Positions 1 to 5,693 of a DNA stretch of 6,492 nucleotides are shown in pieces; position 1 is the first letter of the stretch; the number at the start of each line of letters is the position of its first letter. This DNA comes from a virus (taxonomy: Duplodnaviria; Heunggongvirae; Uroviricota; Caudoviricetes). The stretch lies in IMG/VR virus record IMGVR_UViG_2645727640_000047, positions 1 to 6,492 of that record, one strand, 5' to 3'. A model generated the notes under the pieces. The model made no database searches, was not told the DNA's origin, and saw only the letters and a list, made by a program, of their open reading frames with translations. A program made the translations under genes and the position numbers.

Positions 1-35
1 CTGTTATAAATATCTTTTATATCAGTATATTATAG

Positions 36-204
36 GGTGAACAGTTATTTATGAACTGTTCACCAAACTATTCACTGTTCACCTTTTTGATTGTTTATTG
101 AGCTTCAAGGGTGAACAGTGGTGAACAGTTGGTGAATAGTTTTTGTGAAACTGTTCACCCCTTAACATTATGAATTAAAAGATAAAATATCAAAAGGTGA
201 ACAG
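36..204. repeat. Iteron cluster of a P4 alpha-type replication origin (ori/crr-like): octamer TGTTCACC in both orientations
   Basis: Seen in sequence: TGTTCACC at 57-64, 76-83 and 152-159; its reverse complement GGTGAACA at 36-43, 110-117, 120-127 and 196-203; one degenerate copy GGTGAATA at 131-138. An AT-rich stretch at 161-195 could be the unwinding element. Established knowledge: TGTTCACC is the type I iteron bound by the phage P4 alpha primase-helicase at ori and crr. Confidence 0.7.
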
Positions 205-301
205 GTGAAGGGTTAAAACGCAAAAATTTTAATTTACTGCTGTGAGATAAAGCCTATGACAGCGAAGCACATAAAAAAAATCACAATCGCACGCCCTTGA
301 T

Positions 302-502
302 TTGACGGAACACTGGTTAAGGGTGTCGATAAAAATCATCGACCGCAACGCCGGGGAAGGATATGCGAAAGCACATCCCGAACTGATTAGCGCATTCATG
401 ACAACGGCAGCTGCAAACTTTGCCACGCTGACAGAACGGGAGATTGCCGAAGCGGAACAGGTGACAACCATCAACGTTAAAACCGGAGAGCAGACAGCAT
501 GA
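302..502 (+). CDS. Hypothetical small protein; start uncertain (TTG 302, GTG 323 or ATG 398, all in frame)
   Basis: ORF in the track; its TGA stop (500-502) overlaps the ATG (499-501) of the next gene in an ATGA arrangement, suggesting translational coupling. No family recognised. The antisense ORF 229-474 is judged less likely because the plus-strand genes form a coupled operon. Confidence 0.35.
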   Translation: MTEHWLRVSIKIIDRNAGEGYAKAHPELISAFMTTAAANFATLTEREIAEAEQVTTINVKTGEQTA

Positions 503-921
503 CAGCACAGATAGCGGCTTACGGGCGGCTGGTGGCTGACCCGCAGTTAAAGACCACCAGCAAGGGTACACAAATGACGATGGCGAGTATGGCGGTCCCA
601 CTTCCGTGCAGCCAGGCAGATGACGGAACGGCGACGATGTGGTTATCCGTCCTGGCGTTTGGCAGACAGGCCGAAGCACTGGCAAAGCACCGCAAGGGTG
701 AACTCCTGAGCGTGGCGGGTAACATGCAGGTGAGCCAGTGGACCGGACAGAACGGGGAGACGCGGCAGGGCTGGCAGGTTATCGCAGACAGCGTAATCAG
801 TGCGAGAACGGCGCGACCGGGCGGCAAAAAAGGCCAACAGGGGCAGGCTACTGATGCACTGAGCAGAGCAAAACAACAGGCGGGAAATGATGATCCGTAC
901 GGGGATAACATACCGTTTTAA
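499..921 (+). CDS. ssb: Single-stranded DNA-binding protein (SSB family), 140 aa
   Basis: The translation has an OB-fold-like core (VLAFGRQAEALAKHRKGELLSVAGNMQVSQWTGQNGETR, compare E. coli SSB [39 protein letters not shown]), a Gly/Gln-rich linker and a C-terminal tip DDPYGDNIPF (compare E. coli SSB DFDDDIPF). A GGAGAG Shine-Dalgarno lies about 9 nt upstream, and a terminator follows. Confidence 0.75.
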   Translation: MTAQIAAYGRLVADPQLKTTSKGTQMTMASMAVPLPCSQADDGTATMWLSVLAFGRQAEALAKHRKGELLSVAGNMQVSQWTGQNGETRQGWQVIADSVISARTARPGGKKGQQGQATDALSRAKQQAGNDDPYGDNIPF

Positions 922-936
922 GCAACGAGTAACAGA

Positions 937-959
937 AGCCGGAGCAATCCGGCTTTTTT
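937..959 (+). terminator. Rho-independent terminator after the ssb-like gene
   Basis: Stem AGCCGGA (937-943), loop GCAA, stem TCCGGCT (948-954), followed by a T-run through 959; it sits 16 nt after the stop codon. Confidence 0.6.
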
Positions 960-977
960 ATGGGTCCTCCCGGTGTA

Positions 978-1186
978 GTGACCTGCCACGGGGCGGGAGC
1001 GGCGCGGAAAAAGGCTAGTTTTTGCATTTTCATTCGTCATCATCATCTTTCTATAATGTTGAATTTTAAGTGTTTTTATTTTTGGTATGTTAATTTTGCT
1101 TGTTTTGTGTTCAACATACAGCGCGTTTTTTGACCTTTTTTAAAAGATATTTGCAAGATGCATTTTTAAAACATTCTGGAGCGGGT
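978..1186 (+). promoter_or_regulatory. Candidate lambda-like cos region (cosN-like 988-1003, AT-rich cosB-like 1020-1180) upstream of the Nu1-like gene; contains a perfect TATAAT at 1052-1057
   Basis: ACGGGGCGG at 988-996 is identical to the 9-mer that, as recalled, spans the lambda cosN nick (right end ...TTACG joined to left end GGGCGGCGACCT). It lies about 196 nt upstream of the Nu1-like ATG at 1187; lambda Nu1 starts at nt 191. TCGTCAT and GTTTTTATTT motifs recalled from lambda cosB also occur (1034-1040, 1072-1081). The right half of the putative cosN differs from lambda (GAGCGG versus CGACCT). Confidence 0.4.
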
Positions 1187-1672
1187 ATGGATCGGGAACT
1201 GAAAAATCTGATGCTGAACATTAACCAGCTGGCGGCGATAGCGGGAATATGTCGCCAGACTGCGGCGGCAAGGCTGAAAAATATCCAGCCAGCCGGAGGA
1301 CATGACAAGCTGAAACTCTATCGGGTGACTGACATTCTGACTTGTTTTCTTGATCTTCCCGTTCCGGCATCACTGGAAGAAATGGAGCCACACGACCGTA
1401 AGGCCTGGTATCAGTCCGAACGTGAGCGCCTCAAGTTCGAACAGGAAACGGCGCAACTCATACCCGCCGATGATGTGCGAAAAGAGATGGCTATATGGGG
1501 AGAAATCGTAAGCGAGGAACTGGAAAAACTCCCCAGTATTCTGGCACGTGATGTTGGGCTTAAACCGATGGCAGTAAACAGAGTGCAGTCAATTATTGAC
1601 GATTTGTGTAATCAGATTATCAGCCGGATGGTAAAAAATGACGTAGTGAATGAGGTCGCAAAACAGGCATGA
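1187..1672 (+). CDS. Nu1-like terminase small subunit (N-terminal HTH), 161 aa; start set at the ATG with a GGAG Shine-Dalgarno rather than the track's TTG at 1100
   Basis: The N-terminal LNINQLAAIAGICRQTAAARLKNIQPA matches the lambda gpNu1 HTH pattern VNKKQLADIFGASIRTIQNWQEQGMPV (Q-L-A-x-I-x-G-...-T-...-P). The size is similar (161 versus 181 aa). A GGAG lies 8 nt upstream of ATG 1187. The gene sits downstream of the cos-like sequence as in lambdoid phages. Confidence 0.55.
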   Translation: MDRELKNLMLNINQLAAIAGICRQTAAARLKNIQPAGGHDKLKLYRVTDILTCFLDLPVPASLEEMEPHDRKAWYQSERERLKFEQETAQLIPADDVRKEMAIWGEIVSEELEKLPSILARDVGLKPMAVNRVQSIIDDLCNQIISRMVKNDVVNEVAKQA

Positions 1673-1956
1673 TAATGACCGAATCTGAAATACTGCGATT
1701 AATCCGCTGTGCTGGTGGAATTAGCCAGTTGGCTGACGAACAGGCCGCGCAGCCGGATACAGTCACCGCTGAAAATTACGCGCGTGTGGTGGCTGAGGTG
1801 ATGCGCCGTGACGGTATTGAGCTTAACGGCGTGGATATGCGCAACATACGAACCAGAGTCCTTGAGTTGCTGGCATACCGTCGCCGTTCTCAACAACGGA
1901 GGGAGAGCGCGAAAAATACTTATCAGTGGAAGAAGCCGGAATGGTTGCGGCGGTAA
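1669..1956 (+). CDS. Hypothetical 95-aa protein translationally coupled to the Nu1-like gene; weak resemblance to the N-terminal segment of lambda gpA (terminase large subunit)
   Basis: Its ATG (1669-1671) overlaps the upstream TGA (1670-1672). The N-terminus MIMTESEILRLIRCAGG...QPDTVTAENYA loosely parallels lambda gpA MNISNSQVNRLRHFVRAGL...PQTAVEWADANYY. It occupies the position that terL holds in lambdoid phages but is only 95 aa. Confidence 0.45.
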   Translation: MIMTESEILRLIRCAGGISQLADEQAAQPDTVTAENYARVVAEVMRRDGIELNGVDMRNIRTRVLELLAYRRRSQQRRESAKNTYQWKKPEWLRR

Positions 1957-2001
1957 TTTGTTGATATTCCTGATAGCGCAAAAGTGCGTTGGCTGGTGGG
2001 T

Positions 2002-2021
2002 GAGTTGCAGATCTGCAACTC
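2002..2021. repeat. Perfect 20-bp palindrome GAGTTGCAGATCTGCAACTC with a central GATC
   Basis: The reverse complement is identical to the forward sequence. It lies 46 bp after the stop of the last island ORF. Either a dimeric-protein operator/recognition site or a hairpin; the central GATC is a Dam site. Confidence 0.5.
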
Positions 2022-2040
2022 GACCATGAAATTACGGAAA

Positions 2041-2223
2041 CTACCCGTAGTTTGGGTAGTAAGAGTAACACCCAGATTTTGGGGCTTACTCGCGATACCC
2101 AAATAAAGGGTATCTGTGGAAGAAATATCGTTTCTCATATGTGAGTACCGAGGGCGGAATTCCGCCTTCGGTTACTTATTGTGCTCATGCACAGGGAGGG
2201 GCGGGTCAAATCCCTGTGACCTG
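2041..2223. other. Non-coding cluster of inverted repeats / hairpins at the right border of the inserted element
   Basis: CTACCC...GGGTAG (2041-2059); GATACCC-7nt-GGGTATC (2094-2114); perfect 14-bp palindrome GGCGGAATTCCGCC (2153-2166) extended by wobble to ACCGAG/TTCGGT (2147-2172); CACAGGGA-13nt-TCCCTGTG (2190-2218). Contains GGGGCGGG (2198-2205) and GTGACCTG (2216-2223), both also present at 978-997. No credible ORF. Confidence 0.45.
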
Positions 2224-2362
2224 ACGTCTTCCGGACTGCCAGCCCCATCGATTTTTTATACCCGCGAAAAATGAAAAACGCTTCACGCTGGTGGGCCTGA
2301 TGCCGATAACTGGTTTCATGACTGATAGCCGGAAAATGATAACGATTAAAGCGTGTTGATCT

Positions 2363-2419
2363 TTGTTCGTGGTTGTTCGATATTGTTCGTGGAACGGTGT
2401 AGTTAATGGTGTAGTTAAT
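2363..2419. repeat. Direct repeats: TTGTTCGTGG (2363-2372, 2383-2392; partial TTGTTCGA 2373-2380) and tandem GGTGTAGTTAAT (2396-2407, 2408-2419)
   Basis: Seen directly in sequence. The arrangement resembles arm-type recombinase or regulator binding sites next to an integration junction; the function is not established. Confidence 0.4.
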
Positions 2420-2592
2420 TTTACTGTTTTTGACGAGCTTATTGTTTGCAACTCAATGAAAAATAAAGGCTAATAAGCCAAATGCTATAAATGATAGTTA
2501 TCTATCATGTGGAGTAGATTGGTCAGGCAAATAAGCTCTTGTCAGCGGCAGGGCGTTCTGCCGATAACCGTAACCGAAGATGATAACTGACA

Positions 2593-2913
2593 ATGGGTAA
2601 AACGAACGACTGGCTGGACTTTGATCAACTGGCGGAAGAAAAAGTTCGCGACGCGCTAAAACCGCCATCTATGTATAAAGTGATATTAGTCAATGATGAT
2701 TACACTCCGATGGAGTTTGTTATTGACGTGTTACAAAAATTCTTTTCTTATGATGTAGAACGTGCAACGCAATTGATGCTCGCTGTTCACTACCAGGGGA
2801 AGGCCATTTGCGGAGTCTTTACCGCCGAGGTTGCAGAAACCAAAGTGGCGATGGTGAACAAGTACGCGAGGGAGAATGAGCATCCATTGCTGTGTACGCT
2901 AGAAAAAGCCTGA
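2593..2913 (+). CDS. clpS: ATP-dependent Clp protease adaptor ClpS, 106 aa
   Basis: The translation [51 protein letters not shown]... matches E. coli ClpS as recalled; there is a 30-bp gap to clpA, as in K-12. Confidence 0.96.
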
Positions 2914-2943
2914 ATGCAGGCATAAAAATTGGGGGAGGTGCCT

Positions 2944-5220
2944 ATGCTCAATCAAGAACTGGAACTCAGTTTAAATATGGCTTTCGCCAGAGCGCGCGAG
3001 CACCGTCATGAGTTTATGACCGTCGAGCACTTGTTACTGGCGCTGCTCAGTAACCCATCTGCCCGGGAGGCGCTGGAAGCGTGTTCTGTGGATTTGGTTG
3101 CGCTCCGTCAGGAACTGGAAGCCTTTATTGAACAAACCACACCCGTTCTGCCTGCCAGTGAAGAGGAGCGCGACACACAGCCGACGCTGAGTTTTCAGCG
3201 TGTACTGCAACGTGCGGTCTTCCATGTCCAATCCTCCGGTCGCAATGAGGTAACCGGTGCAAACGTTCTGGTCGCTATCTTTAGCGAACAGGAGTCGCAG
3301 GCGGCATATCTGTTGCGTAAACATGAAGTCAGCCGTCTCGATGTGGTGAACTTTATCTCTCATGGCACGCGTAAAGACGAGCCGACACAGTCTTCTGATC
3401 CTGGCAGCCAGCCAAACAGCGAAGAACAAGCTGGTGGGGAGGAACGTATGGAGAATTTCACGACGAACCTGAATCAGCTTGCGCGCGTGGGCGGAATCGA
3501 CCCACTGATTGGTCGTGAGAAGGAGCTGGAGCGTGCTATTCAGGTTCTCTGCCGTCGCCGTAAAAACAACCCGCTGCTGGTGGGGGAATCTGGTGTCGGT
3601 AAAACCGCGATTGCGGAAGGTCTTGCCTGGCGAATTGTTCAGGGCGATGTGCCGGAAGTGATGGCTGACTGTACGATTTACTCTCTCGATATCGGTTCTC
3701 TGTTAGCGGGCACTAAATATCGCGGCGACTTTGAAAAACGTTTTAAAGCGTTGCTCAAGCAGCTGGAGCAGGACACTAACAGCATCCTGTTTATTGATGA
3801 GATCCACACCATTATCGGTGCGGGGGCAGCGTCTGGTGGCCAGGTCGATGCGGCTAACCTGATCAAACCGTTGCTCTCCAGCGGTAAAATTCGCGTAATT
3901 GGTTCGACAACCTATCAGGAGTTCAGCAACATTTTCGAGAAAGACCGTGCTCTGGCGCGTCGCTTCCAGAAAATTGATATTACTGAACCGTCGATCGAAG
4001 AAACTGTTCAAATCATCAATGGCCTGAAACCGAAGTATGAAGCGCACCACGACGTGCGTTATACCGCAAAAGCGGTGCGTGCAGCGGTAGAGCTGGCGGT
4101 GAAATACATTAACGATCGTCATCTGCCGGATAAAGCCATTGACGTTATCGACGAAGCGGGCGCTCGCGCACGCCTGATGCCGGTAAGCAAACGCAAGAAA
4201 ACCGTTAATGTGGCGGATATTGAGTCCGTGGTGGCCCGTATTGCGCGCATTCCAGAGAAGAGTGTTTCTCAGAGTGACCGCGATACCCTGAAAAACCTCG
4301 GCGATCGCCTGAAAATGCTGGTCTTCGGTCAGGATAAAGCCATTGAGGCGCTGACTGAAGCCATTAAGATGGCGCGTGCAGGTTTAGGTCACGAACATAA
4401 ACCGGTTGGTTCGTTCCTGTTTGCCGGCCCTACCGGGGTCGGGAAAACAGAGGTGACGGTACAGCTTTCGAAAGCGTTGGGCATTGAGCTGCTGCGCTTT
4501 GATATGTCCGAGTATATGGAACGCCATACCGTCAGCCGTCTGATTGGTGCGCCTCCGGGATACGTTGGTTTTGATCAGGGAGGTTTGCTGACTGATGCGG
4601 TCATCAAGCATCCACATGCGGTGCTGTTGCTGGACGAAATCGAGAAAGCGCATCCGGACGTGTTCAATATTCTGTTGCAGGTGATGGACAACGGTACGCT
4701 GACCGATAACAACGGACGCAAAGCGGACTTCCGTAACGTGGTGCTGGTGATGACCACCAACGCCGGGGTACGTGAAACTGAGCGTAAATCCATTGGTCTT
4801 ATCCACCAGGATAACAGCACCGATGCGATGGAGGAGATCAAGAAGATCTTTACACCGGAATTCCGTAACCGTCTCGACAACATTATCTGGTTTGATCATC
4901 TGTCAACCGACGTGATCCATCAGGTGGTGGATAAATTCATCGTCGAGTTGCAGGTTCAGCTGGATCAGAAAGGTGTTTCTCTGGAAGTGAGCCAGGAAGC
5001 GCGTAACTGGCTGGCCGAGAAAGGTTACGACCGGGCAATGGGCGCACGTCCGATGGCGCGTGTCATCCAGGACAACCTGAAAAAACCGCTCGCCAACGAA
5101 CTGCTGTTTGGTTCGCTGGTGGACGGCGGTCAGGTCACCGTCGCGCTGGATAAAGAGAAAAATGAGCTGACTTACGGATTCCAGAGTGCACAAAAGCACA
5201 AGGCGGAAGCAGCGCATTAA
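2944..5220 (+). CDS. clpA: ATP-dependent Clp protease ATP-binding subunit ClpA, 758 aa
   Basis: The translation begins [35 protein letters not shown] and has two AAA+ modules with Walker A motifs ([16 protein letters not shown]). A strong Shine-Dalgarno GGGGGAGG (2931-2938) lies 5 nt before ATG 2944; the track's TTG start at 2929 is not used. Confidence 0.96.
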   Translation: MLNQELELSLNMAFARAREHRHEFMTVEHLLLALLSNPSAREALEACSVDLVALRQELEAFIEQTTPVLPASEEERDTQPTLSFQRVLQRAVFHVQSSGRNEVTGANVLVAIFSEQESQAAYLLRKHEVSRLDVVNFISHGTRKDEPTQSSDPGSQPNSEEQAGGEERMENFTTNLNQLARVGGIDPLIGREKELERAIQVLCRRRKNNPLLVGESGVGKTAIAEGLAWRIVQGDVPEVMADCTIYSLDIGSLLAGTKYRGDFEKRFKALLKQLEQDTNSILFIDEIHTIIGAGAASGGQVDAANLIKPLLSSGKIRVIGSTTYQEFSNIFEKDRALARRFQKIDITEPSIEETVQIINGLKPKYEAHHDVRYTAKAVRAAVELAVKYINDRHLPDKAIDVIDEAGARARLMPVSKRKKTVNVADIESVVARIARIPEKSVSQSDRDTLKNLGDRLKMLVFGQDKAIEALTEAIKMARAGLGHEHKPVGSFLFAGPTGVGKTEVTVQLSKALGIELLRFDMSEYMERHTVSRLIGAPPGYVGFDQGGLLTDAVIKHPHAVLLLDEIEKAHPDVFNILLQVMDNGTLTDNNGRKADFRNVVLVMTTNAGVRETERKSIGLIHQDNSTDAMEEIKKIFTPEFRNRLDNIIWFDHLSTDVIHQVVDKFIVELQVQLDQKGVSLEVSQEARNWLAEKGYDRAMGARPMARVIQDNLKKPLANELLFGSLVDGGQVTVALDKEKNELTYGFQSAQKHKAEAAH

Positions 5221-5244
5221 TCTGATTGTTAGGTAGGTTGGTCA

Positions 5245-5280
5245 AGTCCGTAATCTCGAAAGAGGTTACGGACTTTTTGT
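5245..5280 (+). terminator. Rho-independent terminator of clpA (about 13-bp stem, GAAA tetraloop, T-run)
   Basis: AGTCCGTAATCTC (5245-5257), loop GAAA (5258-5261), GAGGTTACGGACT (5262-5274) with one G-U wobble, then TTTTTGTTT. Confidence 0.8.
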
Positions 5281-5432
5281 TTATGGGGTGGAGGAGGTTC
5301 AGACCCTTTTTTTAATGATGATGGTAAGTTGTTGATAATTAGTGCTGCGGGAAGGTAAGGATAAAAAAGGGTGCTGCAGGAGAATGGGATGGTTTTGCTT
5401 TATTAACAACGGGCTAAACGTGTAGTATTTGA

Positions 5433-5520
5433 GTTCACTGCCATACAGGCAGCTTAGAAATCGACGGGGTGCGGTAAAACCTTTGCGAACGCGTTCACTG
5501 CCGTACAGACAGATAAAATG
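5433..5520 (+). CRISPR. Orphan type I-F CRISPR mini-array: 2 repeats, 1 spacer, no cas genes in the window
   Basis: Repeat 1 GTTCACTGCCATACAGGCAGCTTAGAAA (5433-5460); 32-bp spacer TCGACGGGGTGCGGTAAAACCTTTGCGAACGC (5461-5492); degenerate terminal repeat GTTCACTGCCGTACAGACAGATAAAATG (5493-5520). The repeat matches the 28-bp Ypest/I-F consensus GTTCACTGCCGTACAGGCAGCTTAGAAA with one mismatch. An AT-rich leader-like region lies at 5290-5432. The clpA-infA position is the known E. coli CRISPR3/4 (I-F) locus. Confidence 0.85.
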
Positions 5521-5522
5521 CG

Positions 5523-5550
5523 AAAAAAAAGCTCGCACTTTCGTACGAGC
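5523..5550 (-). terminator. Rho-independent terminator of serW (8-bp stem, GAAA tetraloop, U8)
   Basis: On the minus strand the RNA reads GCUCGUAC-GAAA-GUGCGAGC followed by UUUUUUUU; it lies 14 nt downstream of the tRNA 3' end. Confidence 0.8.
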
Positions 5551-5563
5551 TCTTCTTTAAATA

Positions 5564-5651
5564 TGGCGGTGAGGGGGGGATTCGAACCCCCGATACGTTG
5601 CCGTATACACACTTTCCAGGCGTGCTCCTTCAGCCACTCGGACACCTCACC
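5564..5651 (-). tRNA. serW: tRNA-Ser (anticodon GGA), 88 nt including the encoded CCA
   Basis: The reverse complement reads GGTGAGGTGTCCGAGTGGCTGAAGGAGCACGCCTGGAAAGTGTGTATACGGCAACGTATCGGGGGTTCGAATCCCCCCCTCACCGCCA, with the anticodon loop CUGGAAA, a long variable arm and the T-loop GGTTCGAATCC. Confidence 0.95.
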
Positions 5652-5693
5652 AAATTGTTTTGTCGCCTGACCTCATGGGTGGCAACGGGGCGC

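Noticed and set aside
229-474. Minus-strand 81-aa ORF overlapping the first plus-strand island ORF
   Set aside because: The plus-strand ORFs form a translationally coupled operon ending in a terminator; the antisense ORF has no Shine-Dalgarno and an unusual composition. Not excluded, but less likely.
519-1033. Minus-strand ORFs 519-911, 643-876, 848-1033 and plus-strand 1808-2029
   Set aside because: They overlap the SSB-family gene, its terminator or the 95-aa ORF on the opposite strand or in another frame; low-complexity translations.
1100-1186. Track start (TTG at 1100) of the Nu1-like ORF, adding 29 N-terminal residues
   Set aside because: The extension is F/L-rich and encoded by the AT-rich cosB-like region; the ATG at 1187 has a GGAG Shine-Dalgarno and puts the HTH at the N-terminus, as in Nu1.
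2189-2218. tRNA-like 3' fragment (GGGTCAAATCCC resembles a T-loop) as an att site
   Set aside because: No 5-bp T-stem with a 7-nt loop plus acceptor arm can be folded; it does not match the 3' ends of serW or the other tRNAs I could recall.
1923-2451. Minus-strand ORFs 1823-2071, 1923-2138 and 2206-2451 in the island border region
   Set aside because: Translations are low-complexity (T/S/R-rich) and span the palindromes and hairpins; the region behaves as structured non-coding DNA. None resembles CspD, which is expected here in K-12.
3034-5217. Minus-strand ORFs inside clpA (3034-3429, 3678-3866, 3703-4122, 4384-4899, 4575-4883, 4903-5217)
   Set aside because: They are fully antisense to the highly conserved clpA reading frame and have no independent start signals or recognisable motifs; judged to be shadow ORFs.
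5299-5645. Minus-strand ORFs 5299-5538 and 5454-5645
   Set aside because: They run through the CRISPR repeats, the serW terminator and the tRNA itself; artefacts of structured non-coding DNA.
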